Shown here piece by piece: positions 8,197-17,796 of a DNA stretch of 64,000 nucleotides. The notes beneath the pieces were generated by a model that searched no databases, was not told the origin of the DNA, and worked only from the letters and a program-made list of their open reading frames with translations. A program made the translations under genes and the position numbers. Each line of letters opens with the position of its first letter. The stretch's first letter is position 1. This stretch comes from Candidatus Dojkabacteria bacterium (lineage in GTDB: Bacteria; Patescibacteriota; Dojkabacteria; J137), in NCBI GenBank assembly GCA_030834985.1, contig JAUQWV010000003.1, positions 64,656 to 128,655 of the forward strand, given 5' to 3'.

Positions 8197-9948
8197 ATGG
8201 AAGAAAAACAGGAAAAAAAGTTAAATTTTGACGGACTTGAAAGAAAAAATCCAAGACCGCGACCAACAAATAGACCACGACCTCAAGGAGATTTAAAAAT
8301 CATCCCTTTAGGAGGAGTTGAAGAGATTGGAATTAACTGTACAGTTTACGAATACAATAATGAGATTATTCTTGTAGACTTAGGACTCGGATTTTCTGAG
8401 TTTGATTATTACGGAATTGACGCAGTTGTTCCTGATATAAAATATTTAACTCCAAAGAAGAAAAAGATAAAGGGAATATTTGTTACACATGGTCATTTAG
8501 ACCATATTGGGGCTTTCCCGTATTTGATTGAAGACCTAGGATTTCCTCATGTTTACGGCTCTAAATTTACAATAAAAATGATAGAGCAAAGATTAAATGA
8601 AGATCCAAGTCTTTTACCTAAAATGCAGAATAAGCTGCATACCGTTGAAGAAAAAGATGTTTTAAGACTTGGAAGTTTTAAACTAGAGTTTTTTCATGTA
8701 AACCACTCTATTCCTCAGTGTTTGGGTGTTTGCATTCAAACACCAACTGCAAGAGTTGTTCATACAGGAGATTTTAAGTTTGATAATTCTCCAATTAATG
8801 AGCCTGTTGCTAACTTTGGTAAGATAGTCGAATTTGGAAACCGAGGTGTAGATGTTCTATTAGCAGATTCTACAAATTCACTTAAGAAAGGCTACCCTGT
8901 TAGCGAAAGTGATGTAGCAAAAAATCTTGAAGATGCAATTGAAAGAGCCGACGGAAGAGTTATTATAGGAACATTCTCTGGCTTAGTAGGAAGACTTTAC
9001 CAATTAATTGAAATTGCTCGTAAGCAAGGCAAAAAAGTTGCTGTTGCGGGATTTTCAATGGAGAAAACCTTAACGCTTGCGCAAGAAATCGGCTACATTA
9101 AAATCCCGCCTGGATTATTAATTCCAATGAAAGAAGTTAATAAATATGATCCGTCCAAGGTCTTAATTTTGACGACAGGAGCTCAAGGCGAGCCCGAAGC
9201 AGCATTAAGCAAAATGTCTGCTGAAGACTACAAAGGATTTCAAATTCAAAAAGGAGATACCATTATAATCTCTGCTAAAACAATTCCAGGTAATGATAGA
9301 GCTGTTCAATTAATGGTTGATAATATCACAAGACGAGGTGCAGTTGTAGTGCAATTAGACGAAATGGACTTATTTACATCTGGACACGGCTATCAAGAAG
9401 ATCAAAAAATTATGCTCAACTTGGTTAAACCAAAGTTCTTTATGCCTGTTCACGGTTATCAATACTTTTTACGAGCACATGCTGAAACAGCAGTTAAAGT
9501 TGGAGTTCCTAGACAGAACGTAATAATCTCTCAACGAGGATGTGTAATTGAAGGAAATCGTTTTAAAGGATTTAAAATAACAAAGAAATTTCCGTGCGAA
9601 CCCTTAATTGTTTCAGGCTCAGGAGTTGGTGATGTAGGAACAGTTGTTTTAAGAGAACGTGAACAAATGGCAAATTATGGAATGATAATTATCAGTCTAA
9701 TGGCAGATAAAGAACGAAAGCTAATTAGAAGTCCATTTGTATTAACACGTGGTTTTGTTTATGTAAAAAGCAACCAGGAATTATTACAATTTATTGCAGA
9801 TAGTACTGAAAAAATTTATACCAATGCAGTAAAAGAAAATTCTGACAATAATACTGTAAAAGATAAAATTACTACAGAGATTGGAAAGCTTGTTTACAAA
9901 GAAACTGAGCGTGAGCCGATAATTATGACGATACTAAACTACGTATAA
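8197..9948 (+). CDS. rnj: Ribonuclease J (metallo-beta-lactamase/beta-CASP RNase)
   Basis: VTHGHLDHIGAFPYL metallo-beta-lactamase motif, a beta-CASP region and the RNase J C-terminal domain. Length 583 aa. Confidence 0.9.
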   Translation: MEEKQEKKLNFDGLERKNPRPRPTNRPRPQGDLKIIPLGGVEEIGINCTVYEYNNEIILVDLGLGFSEFDYYGIDAVVPDIKYLTPKKKKIKGIFVTHGHLDHIGAFPYLIEDLGFPHVYGSKFTIKMIEQRLNEDPSLLPKMQNKLHTVEEKDVLRLGSFKLEFFHVNHSIPQCLGVCIQTPTARVVHTGDFKFDNSPINEPVANFGKIVEFGNRGVDVLLADSTNSLKKGYPVSESDVAKNLEDAIERADGRVIIGTFSGLVGRLYQLIEIARKQGKKVAVAGFSMEKTLTLAQEIGYIKIPPGLLIPMKEVNKYDPSKVLILTTGAQGEPEAALSKMSAEDYKGFQIQKGDTIIISAKTIPGNDRAVQLMVDNITRRGAVVVQLDEMDLFTSGHGYQEDQKIMLNLVKPKFFMPVHGYQYFLRAHAETAVKVGVPRQNVIISQRGCVIEGNRFKGFKITKKFPCEPLIVSGSGVGDVGTVVLREREQMANYGMIIISLMADKERKLIRSPFVLTRGFVYVKSNQELLQFIADSTEKIYTNAVKENSDNNTVKDKITTEIGKLVYKETEREPIIMTILNYV

Positions 9949-9958
9949 TCTGCAGTTA

Positions 9959-10357
9959 CTAAGGTTCAAGATCAGCAAAGTCTAATATATCAACTTCTGC
10001 AAATAAAAAAGGTAGTTGTTTAATAATATACATTTCCATTTCTAATGCCGAATAAAACTGCATCATAATTGCCTGACGTACTAACTTGTTTAGCTTACGC
10101 CTATGATGCTCAAATTCTTTTACATTAGTATAAATAAATGCACTGCCGTCTAGGTAAACATTTTCTTCGATTGGTGTATTTTCATTTGCAGAAAAAGAGA
10201 TTATAAAAAAATCTTTAGAATCTGGATGCTCAGCATCATGTTCATAAAAGTCAAAAGAGATTTCACCAAATGCATTTTTGGTATCAAGTAATACAATCTC
10301 TTCAGGATATTTTGACTGTGGTTCTTGTTTAGGCTGCACTAACGGTGTGTTGGCCAT
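9959..10357 (-). CDS. Hypothetical acidic protein
   Basis: 132-aa ORF with no recognisable motif. It is convergent with rnj. Confidence 0.4.
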   Translation of the reverse strand: MANTPLVQPKQEPQSKYPEEIVLLDTKNAFGEISFDFYEHDAEHPDSKDFFIISFSANENTPIEENVYLDGSAFIYTNVKEFEHHRRKLNKLVRQAIMMQFYSALEMEMYIIKQLPFLFAEVDILDFADLEP

Positions 10358-10363
10358 TGATTA

Positions 10364-10627
10364 TTAGATTCTTACCCTTGTTTGCAAATATTTAATAACG
10401 TAATACAACAAAGGTGTAAGAATTGCGCCCAACAGCACAGAGTTTATCAATCTTGCAATAAAGCTGCCTATTCCAACAGCATCATCTAATTTTATTGGAA
10501 AACCGTATAAAAAGGATCCTTTTAGTAGTTCAATTGCTAAAAAGTTTATTAAGCCTGATATTACTAATGAAACTAGGAATGAAAATATCCATAACTGTTT
10601 AGTTACAGGGTTTACATCATTCAGCAT
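10364..10627 (-). CDS. Small 2-TM membrane protein (hypothetical)
   Basis: 87 aa with two hydrophobic helices. It lies 6 nt upstream of the 9959..10357 gene. Confidence 0.4.
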   Translation of the reverse strand: MLNDVNPVTKQLWIFSFLVSLVISGLINFLAIELLKGSFLYGFPIKLDDAVGIGSFIARLINSVLLGAILTPLLYYVIKYLQTRVRI

Positions 10628-10686
10628 AAAATCAAGCTAATATCTTATACTTATATTCTAAATGAATATAGTGAGTTTGTAAAAGA

Positions 10687-11976
10687 TTACACAAGCTGTT
10701 TAATCTCATTCCAAGTTTGCTCTACTGTTGTTTCCCAGCTATATCTGCTCACAACTTCGTATCCTTTCTTAATAAATTCCTGGACTTGATCAGTATTTGT
10801 TAAGTATTCATTAATTAGCTGTGCGGCGGAGCTTGCATTAGAAGAATTAATCAAGAAAGCTCCGCCATCTGTAACTTCTGGAATACAAGAATAGTTGCCA
10901 ACAATTACAGGGACTTTTGCTGCCATTGCCTGTAGAGGCCCAAAACTAAAGCCTTCGTATTTAGAGAAATTAAAATAACAATAAGCTTCTTGTATTAGAA
11001 TTGTTAAATCTTCATCACTAACTCGATCAGTTGTAATAATGTAATCTAAAATTCCAACTGTTTTTAATTTTTTCAAAACTTTATCTGCTCTTTCATTTTG
11101 AGGCTGAATTTTAGAACCTTTAGCCTTATTGAAATCTTTACCTACTAAAACTAATTTACTAGGAAATTCAGGATTTAATTGTATAAGTTTTTTAAAGATC
11201 TCAATTAAATCATCAACTCCTTTATTTTTTTCTAAACCAGAATCATAAATAAAATATTTTTGTGGCTCTAATGAAAATGCTTTCATTACATGTTTAATAT
11301 CAGCTTCTGAACTTTTTTCAAAAAACTTTTCGTCAACACCTAAATATATAGGTCTAATTTTAGTTTCAGGAATCTTGCCGTATTTAATTAAATCACCTTT
11401 GGAAAAGTTGGAATTTGTAAGCACTAGATCGGCGTTTTTTACACCATTAAACATAATGTTGTAAAAAACGCCTTTAATAACATTATGCACAATACTTTTT
11501 TGTGAATAGCTACGTGTTGCAATAGGAATTGCATCGTGTGCCATCACAACAGTTTTAGGAACATAATTAAGATTTCTTTTTAAAATCCGCGTTGTAGGTA
11601 AACCTCTTTCAAAGTTTGCTGAATAATAAATATCGGGTTTAATTTCTTCAATTGCTAATTTAAAAGTATCTTTCCATCTTTTAATATTTCCTAAACTTGA
11701 ATTTACTGGTTCACCAAAAGAATAAAATTGGACATGTTTTAAATGCTGATCAACACCAAACTGCGATAAGCCTAACGCAATTAAGTTCTTTTTTAAATCA
11801 TGAAAACCTGCAAACCATACTTCAAAATTATCTTCTACAGCATAATCAAGAAGTCGCTTAACTACTTCTTTGCCGTATTTTCCAATACCTCTAAATGAAT
11901 ATTGATCAAATAAAAATGTTGTATCAATTAAAATCTTTTTTTTAGGTTGCTCAGAGTTTTGAGAAGTTTCTTGCAT
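10687..11976 (-). CDS. Glycosyltransferase family 4 (GT-B, GT1-clan)
   Basis: The C-terminal EGFSFGPLQAMAAKVPVIVGN matches the GT4 EX7E-type donor-binding motif. Confidence 0.8.
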   Translation of the reverse strand: MQETSQNSEQPKKKILIDTTFLFDQYSFRGIGKYGKEVVKRLLDYAVEDNFEVWFAGFHDLKKNLIALGLSQFGVDQHLKHVQFYSFGEPVNSSLGNIKRWKDTFKLAIEEIKPDIYYSANFERGLPTTRILKRNLNYVPKTVVMAHDAIPIATRSYSQKSIVHNVIKGVFYNIMFNGVKNADLVLTNSNFSKGDLIKYGKIPETKIRPIYLGVDEKFFEKSSEADIKHVMKAFSLEPQKYFIYDSGLEKNKGVDDLIEIFKKLIQLNPEFPSKLVLVGKDFNKAKGSKIQPQNERADKVLKKLKTVGILDYIITTDRVSDEDLTILIQEAYCYFNFSKYEGFSFGPLQAMAAKVPVIVGNYSCIPEVTDGGAFLINSSNASSAAQLINEYLTNTDQVQEFIKKGYEVVSRYSWETTVEQTWNEIKQLV

Positions 11977-12013
11977 ATTTCTATTCTAATACTTTACTAT
12001 TTAAGGTGCCTAA

Positions 12014-12038
12014 TTTTAACACATTAAAAATGTTAAAA
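12014..12038. promoter_or_regulatory. Perfect 8-bp inverted repeat TTTTAACA-N9-TGTTAAAA in the divergent promoter region between the GT4 and GT2 genes
   Basis: The palindrome is seen directly and ends 8 nt before the GT2 ATG (12046). It is a candidate operator or may simply be an AT-rich promoter element. Confidence 0.3.
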
Positions 12039-12045
12039 TTTACTT

Positions 12046-12993
12046 ATGGAAACAGCAATCATTATTGTAAATTACAGAACCCCTTGGCATTTAAAGTTAT
12101 GCCTTGAAAGTGTTTTTAAGTTTACAGAAAATTTTCATTTAATAATTGTTCAAAATAAGCCTGATAGAAAATCACAAAGAATTGTAGATGATTATAAAAA
12201 TAGATATCCAAATACAGTTGAAGTTATTACTCACGACAAGAATATAGGATTTGTTGACGGTGTAAATTCCGCGTATGAAAGCGCAATCAAATACGATAGA
12301 GTGTGTCTACTTAATAGCGACACAATAGTAACTAAAGGATGGTTAAATGAAATGAATGCAGAAATGGATGCCAATCCTAATATTGTACAAATCTCACCTG
12401 ACTCAAATGCGTTTTACCCTACTCCAAGACTTTGGCGGTTAGTCAATAAACTTCCTTTTGGCCTAAAAAAGTTATCTAAGCTACAGGCAAGTATTGCACC
12501 AATCAGTTCAAAGGATAAACACACGTACCGAAAAGTAGAAGAATTCTGGTATTTTCCTGGAGGATTTTGTAATGTCTTTAAAACAGCACCATTTAAACAT
12601 TTAGGATACTTTTGTGATCCAAACATAGTACATGGCTACTGGGATGACTTTGACTTAGCGTATTATTTACGCCAATTCGGCGAAGTTGGATCAACAAATA
12701 ACGCGTATGTTTTTCATTTTGTGAATGTTACTTTTAATAGAATTAGTGAAGATAAACAGGGAATGAAAGATAGACTAATGCAACTGAATGGCTTATATGT
12801 AATGGACAAGTGGCGTGAAAGGCTTACAAGTGATTTACATCAAATTAATAAAGATAGATTACTTGAACAAAGTAACCATTATGTTTTACAAATGGTATAT
12901 CAATACTTCGCATTAACTACAGTTAATCCGGAGTTCATCGAATATATACGCACATTGCCGGCAAAAGAAATTGGTGAAAAGTTTCTGAAGTAA
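12046..12993 (+). CDS. Glycosyltransferase family 2-like (GT-A)
   Basis: The N-terminal IIIVNYRTPWHLKLCLESV is a typical GT2 start. A DxD-like motif (NSDT) follows. Confidence 0.6.
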   Translation: METAIIIVNYRTPWHLKLCLESVFKFTENFHLIIVQNKPDRKSQRIVDDYKNRYPNTVEVITHDKNIGFVDGVNSAYESAIKYDRVCLLNSDTIVTKGWLNEMNAEMDANPNIVQISPDSNAFYPTPRLWRLVNKLPFGLKKLSKLQASIAPISSKDKHTYRKVEEFWYFPGGFCNVFKTAPFKHLGYFCDPNIVHGYWDDFDLAYYLRQFGEVGSTNNAYVFHFVNVTFNRISEDKQGMKDRLMQLNGLYVMDKWRERLTSDLHQINKDRLLEQSNHYVLQMVYQYFALTTVNPEFIEYIRTLPAKEIGEKFLK

Positions 12994-13320
12994 CTAAAGC
13001 AAGTGATATACTCCCTCATCTAAATTCCATGTTTTAGCATTTCCTCTTATCTGTATATTTTTACCGCTTTGGATATATAAATCGTAATTTCCTAATTCAA
13101 CACCTAAAAATTCTGTTACATTAAGTTCATTAATTGAGACTTCCTGTAAATCTATCTCTGCATTATTTTCTCTATTTACAGTATCACTCAAATTAAATTT
13201 ATAAATAGTTCTTTGTGATTTATTTACAAGGTAGCTTTCAATATACTGTGGGAATTCCTGTTTAGAAAACGGTGGGTCATAAACCCTAAAATCAAATACA
13301 TTGTCGGTAGAAGATGGTAT
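12994..13320 (-). other. Open 109-codon extension in frame with, and immediately after, the TAG stop of the 13321..14691 GT-C gene; either a pseudogenised or read-through C-terminal domain or a separate TTG-start small ORF
   Basis: Manual translation after TAG (13323..13321) gives IPSSTDNVFDFRVYDPPFSKQEFPQYIESYLVNKSQRTIYKFNLSD, then the listed 65-aa ORF, with no further stop until 12994. Confidence 0.35.
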
Positions 13321-14691
13321 CTAGATGTAATCCATTCTTCCTAATACAATTGCCATAAAACCGCTACCAGTTTGAGTATTATTTATATTCTGCGATACAA
13401 AATCTTTTACTGATGAACTTGATTTCGCGATTTCAATCTGGTGCGAAAAATACTCCATTGGTGAAACAAAATCGGTATTAAAAGGAGACACCCTGTACAA
13501 AAGAAGTATTGAACCTGAATAAATCGTTAGTAATATAAAAAATATTAAAACATAATTTTTGTATTTGCTATTATTCAAAAATTTAATAAGGAAGGCGAGT
13601 CCAATACAACAAAATGGAACTGTAGCTAATAAAAACCTTGATCCAAAACTTCCACCTCCCCACCAGTTCGGCCAAAAACCATAAATTACTACTAATGAGA
13701 ATATTGATGCCAAGCTAAATAAACATAGTTTTCTATACTTTTTTAAAGCAACAAAAAAGCCAGTGATCGCAAAAAGCATTATAGGTGTATATACAAACCA
13801 TCCCCTTTGTGGATGCACTAATATGTGTAGTCCTTTGAAAGCACTAAAGTCAAACGTTTCAGCCCGCGTAACTGAATAGCCGGACGCTAAAGGGTGCCCA
13901 TAAGAAATATAGTTATACAACAAATAAACTAAACCAAACGGAATAAGAGTTATAACTACCGGTATAAACCGTTTAGCAATATCTTTAGAAATGTGAATTT
14001 TATTTTCTTTAAAAATATATTCGCTCGTTAAATACATCAAGGAAATCAGAATGATCGGCAGGAAAACTGGACGAATTAGGAATAAAAATCCAATTGAAAT
14101 TCCTAAACCTATTAAATTACGTTTAAGCAAAAAGTAAATTAATGCTGAAACAAAGAATACTTCATATATATGCGTAAATATAGGTAATAAAATTACATAC
14201 CAAAGCAGATAAGAAGATATTACGACGGAACCAATACTAAAAATCGAAGTCTTTTTAGAAAAATTCAACAAGCTTAATGTTTTATAGATGAAGATCAATG
14301 CACCAATAAAAAATATTGTTGCATTAATTAACAATAAGATCCCATCAAAAATAGTATGCCCATTATAGGCGATAAAGTAGTCATTATAGAAATCAAAATG
14401 TGAGCTTAACATCTTCGCAACAAAAAGAGCTGGAACATTCAACAAAGCAGTCCCCGGAGAAGCAACTGAAACGTATTTATCGTTAAAAATTGTCTTAGCC
14501 CACGAAGCTGTGCTAAACCAATATTCAGGCTGCTGCTCAGTTACAAAGCTACCTTCGTTTACAATACTTTTTGCGGTATGATAATAGTAGAATCCATCTG
14601 ATCTAACAAATGGATCACCCTGGGTAATCATTAGTATCGCGAAAGCAATTACTGCAAGAATCAATACTAATTTTGTTTTATGCTTAAACAT
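13321..14691 (-). CDS. GT-C-like polytopic membrane glycosyltransferase (ArnT/PMT/YfhO-like); paralog of 33789..35135
   Basis: At least 10 predicted TM helices. The first extracytoplasmic loop carries the RSDGFYYYH motif shared with the paralog (RSDGLGYYVY). It is divergent from a GtrB/GtrA-like pair. Confidence 0.5.
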   Translation of the reverse strand: MFKHKTKLVLILAVIAFAILMITQGDPFVRSDGFYYYHTAKSIVNEGSFVTEQQPEYWFSTASWAKTIFNDKYVSVASPGTALLNVPALFVAKMLSSHFDFYNDYFIAYNGHTIFDGILLLINATIFFIGALIFIYKTLSLLNFSKKTSIFSIGSVVISSYLLWYVILLPIFTHIYEVFFVSALIYFLLKRNLIGLGISIGFLFLIRPVFLPIILISLMYLTSEYIFKENKIHISKDIAKRFIPVVITLIPFGLVYLLYNYISYGHPLASGYSVTRAETFDFSAFKGLHILVHPQRGWFVYTPIMLFAITGFFVALKKYRKLCLFSLASIFSLVVIYGFWPNWWGGGSFGSRFLLATVPFCCIGLAFLIKFLNNSKYKNYVLIFFILLTIYSGSILLLYRVSPFNTDFVSPMEYFSHQIEIAKSSSSVKDFVSQNINNTQTGSGFMAIVLGRMDYI

Positions 14692-14766
14692 ACATTTTAA
14701 TATACCCTATTTAAAAATTTCTTGCTAAACTTTGTGAGCATATATAACTAATCATAAAAAAATATT

Positions 14767-15501
14767 ATGAGTAAGAAATTATCACTTGTTGTACCCGTAT
14801 ATAATGAGGAGAAAACATTAGAAATTCTTGTACAAAAGGTACTTACTGTTTCGTTTCCACAAAATATTTCTAAAGAGATTATTCTTGTAAATGACGGATC
14901 AAAAGATAAAAGTGGAGAAATAATGGATCAGCTTGCCGAAAAATTTTCTGAAATAAAAAGTTATCATAATAAAAAGAACTCTGGTAAAACTCAAACTGTT
15001 AAAAATGGAATTTCTTATACCACAGGTGACTACGTTGTAATTCAAGATGCTGATTTAGAATATGAGCCAAATGAATTGGTAGATTTATTAAATTTGATGT
15101 TAGAAAAAGATTTAGATGTTGTATACGGTAATAGATTTGGTAAGAAAAACAAAGTGGTATATTGGCAGAATTATATCGGCAACAAAGCATTGTCTTTCTT
15201 TTCAAATATTTTTACATATCCCAGAATTAAGGTGTATATTCCAGATATGGAAGTGTGTTATAAGATGATTAGGGGTAATGTTGCCAGAGAGATTGGTAGC
15301 ACAATTAAGTCAACAAGTAAGTTTGGCTTAGAACCAGAGATTACTGCAAAGCTTTCTAGATATAAGCTTAATAGTAAGCATCTAAAATTTGGGGTTGTTC
15401 CAATCAGTTATTATCCAAGAACAATTGCCGAAGGCAAAAAGATGAGTGCATTTAGCGACGGATTAAAAGCATTAAAAGAAATTATTCAATACAATTTATG
15501 A
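14767..15501 (+). CDS. Polyprenyl-phosphate sugar synthase (GT2; GtrB/ArnC/DPM1-like)
   Basis: LSLVVPVYNEE...ILVNDGSKDKS...VIQDADLEYEP is the GtrB-type GT2 signature. Length 244 aa. Confidence 0.8.
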   Translation: MSKKLSLVVPVYNEEKTLEILVQKVLTVSFPQNISKEIILVNDGSKDKSGEIMDQLAEKFSEIKSYHNKKNSGKTQTVKNGISYTTGDYVVIQDADLEYEPNELVDLLNLMLEKDLDVVYGNRFGKKNKVVYWQNYIGNKALSFFSNIFTYPRIKVYIPDMEVCYKMIRGNVAREIGSTIKSTSKFGLEPEITAKLSRYKLNSKHLKFGVVPISYYPRTIAEGKKMSAFSDGLKALKEIIQYNL

Positions 15502-15992
15502 GTGATAAAGTAAAAAATTTAACAAGGTTTGGAATCGATACTCTAAGATCAAAACAATTTCAAAAGTTTTTTATAATTGGGATTTCAGCATTTATTTTAG
15601 ACTTTGCTCTTTTATCATTAGTAATATTATTATTCAGTATTCCTCCCGAAGAGCATCTTAAGCAGACATTAGCAAATTTATTTTCTTCCGGCGTTGCAAT
15701 AGTTTTTAACTATACAATCCAAAGATACTGGACATTTGAATCCAAGAATACAAATGTAGCTAGTGAAGCAGGTAAATTCCTTGGCGTTCATGCATTTAAC
15801 TTAGTTGTGTATCAAAGTATTTTATTCACAGCGATAAATTACTTTTTCCCTGCATGGTTAGCAAAGATATTAGTTACAGGAATGCAAATTATTTCAAGCT
15901 TTTTGTTGTATAAGTTTTTTGTATTTAACAACAAAGATAAAGTTTCTGATGAAGTTGTTGCTGAAGCAGCAGTGCAGGGTGAGGTGAATTAA
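15498..15992 (+). CDS. GtrA-family small membrane protein (putative lipid-linked sugar flippase)
   Basis: 164 aa with four TM helices and the GtrA-like motif FFIIGISAFILDFALLSLV. Its start overlaps the GtrB-like stop by 4 nt. Confidence 0.65.
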   Translation: MSDKVKNLTRFGIDTLRSKQFQKFFIIGISAFILDFALLSLVILLFSIPPEEHLKQTLANLFSSGVAIVFNYTIQRYWTFESKNTNVASEAGKFLGVHAFNLVVYQSILFTAINYFFPAWLAKILVTGMQIISSFLLYKFFVFNNKDKVSDEVVAEAAVQGEVN

Positions 15993-16825
15993 TCTTCAAC
16001 AAATCTAACATAAATATCACCAAAGTCTTTTACATTAGATATATCTTTCAGTATATTTTTAAATTGTTCTGAATTAACCCATTCTTTGCTTGTTAGTTGC
16101 ATAGATTCTCCCCATGAAAAGTTGCACTTTATCTTACCTAATGTTTCTAAATATTCCAAACAGTCTAATGCGTTTTTATAAAATTCTGGCGTCATGAATT
16201 CATAAGAAATAATATTAACCTGTTTAGTCAAACCTTTTAGCACATTTAATTCAAAGCCTTCTACATCTATTTTTATAAAGTCTGGAGTTCCAAACTCTTT
16301 AATTAACGAGTCCAAAGTATCTACTTCAACAAATTCAGTTCTATCCCATGTGTAATTTTTGAACACTCCTTCTTTTACCTTATTAATCCATACATCACTC
16401 ATGGAGCTAATCGTATCGGCATTAGCTATCTGTATTGTAGTTTTACCTTTTTTACTATCCATACCTTTTTCTATCAAATGGAAATCTTTATTACTCTTAA
16501 ATTTATCCTTTAATATATTTATACAATTACTTTGAGGCTCTACAGCAATCACTTTAGCGCCTAGTGCTAAAAATACTTCAGACCTATTTCCGATATTTGC
16601 TCCTATATCGAAAACTAAATTCCCGCTTTTAATAAATTTTGAGTAAAAGTGTCGCCTTTTATTAAAATCTCTGTACTCTTTTGTTTGGATATATTTAAAT
16701 CTTTGTTTTATTTTTTTAGAAAAAGCAAAAGCATTTTTTACTAAACTATATATATGAATCTTGATTAATATAGTTTTAAGTATCTCTTTCATTTTCATAT
16801 AGTGAGTTCTAAAAAACAAAATCAT
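15989..16825 (-). CDS. FkbM-family SAM-dependent methyltransferase
   Basis: FDIGANIGNRSEVFLALGAKVIAVEP is the FkbM-type motif. This is the last gene of the long minus-strand glycan operon. Confidence 0.7.
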   Translation of the reverse strand: MILFFRTHYMKMKEILKTILIKIHIYSLVKNAFAFSKKIKQRFKYIQTKEYRDFNKRRHFYSKFIKSGNLVFDIGANIGNRSEVFLALGAKVIAVEPQSNCINILKDKFKSNKDFHLIEKGMDSKKGKTTIQIANADTISSMSDVWINKVKEGVFKNYTWDRTEFVEVDTLDSLIKEFGTPDFIKIDVEGFELNVLKGLTKQVNIISYEFMTPEFYKNALDCLEYLETLGKIKCNFSWGESMQLTSKEWVNSEQFKNILKDISNVKDFGDIYVRFVED

Positions 16826-17796
16826 GTATTACTAATAAAGTTCTTGTATTCTTCTATTGAGTTAAATCCTAAATACTTTACATGTCCTTCTGTATCTCCA
16901 TACACAAGAAAAAGCCTATGCTTCTTATAGAAATTTTTTAAAGCTTGTTTAATTGCATCTTTTCCAAATCTACCCTCAGAATATGATTTGTCTGACGATT
17001 CGTCTGGAACAAAAGCAGAAGAATAATGTAAGCAGATAGCTTTATGATTATTTTTAAATTCATAACCTTCTTTATTTAATCTGAAGCTGAATTCATTATC
17101 TTCATAATATGTTCCTAAAGTTAAATCGAAACTATATTTTTCAAATATTTCGCTTCGCCAAAGTGTAGCTCCAGATGGAGTCCAGTTAAGGGACTGACTT
17201 ATCTCGGCGCTAGGTTCTTTAAAATCCTTTTCAAAATCTAAATCTTGAAAAATAATCCACTTATTTTCAATTACGTAGAAAGGTCTATTTATTTGAATCA
17301 ATCCATTAGGCATAACCACTTTAGATTGCGCTGCTATTGTAGTTTTATCTTCATCCTCCAAAGTCTTAATTAGGTTTTCAAAATAACCCGGCATTATATA
17401 TATATCATTATCCAAAAATGCAACATATTCATTTTTTACATATTTCAACCCCTCGTTCCTAGCACCTGCTCCGCCTAAGTTGCTATCTAGATGTATAACT
17501 TTAATATTACTGTAATTGCCTTTAAGAATATTTAAATATTCTCCTGTACCGTCATTAGACTTATTATCAACAAGGATTAAATTAAACTTATCTTGAGTAT
17601 AAAGTTTATAAAGATTTTCTATAGTCCGTTTAGTTTGCTTCAGCCGATTAAATGTAGGCATTACTATATCAATCTGTGTTGTTTCTATTTCTGGGATATC
17701 GTAAGTTTTCACAAGACTAAGAACATCTCTTTTAATTTTTGGATATGTATATTCCACTCCTAATTTTGCTAATATTAATTTTTTTAACTTATTCAT
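16822..17796 (-). CDS. Glycosyltransferase family 2
   Basis: IDIVMPTFNRLKQTKRTIENL...VDNKSNDGTGEYL and a DxD motif. It overlaps its neighbours by 4 and 8 nt. Confidence 0.75.
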   Translation of the reverse strand: MNKLKKLILAKLGVEYTYPKIKRDVLSLVKTYDIPEIETTQIDIVMPTFNRLKQTKRTIENLYKLYTQDKFNLILVDNKSNDGTGEYLNILKGNYSNIKVIHLDSNLGGAGARNEGLKYVKNEYVAFLDNDIYIMPGYFENLIKTLEDEDKTTIAAQSKVVMPNGLIQINRPFYVIENKWIIFQDLDFEKDFKEPSAEISQSLNWTPSGATLWRSEIFEKYSFDLTLGTYYEDNEFSFRLNKEGYEFKNNHKAICLHYSSAFVPDESSDKSYSEGRFGKDAIKQALKNFYKKHRLFLVYGDTEGHVKYLGFNSIEEYKNFISNT

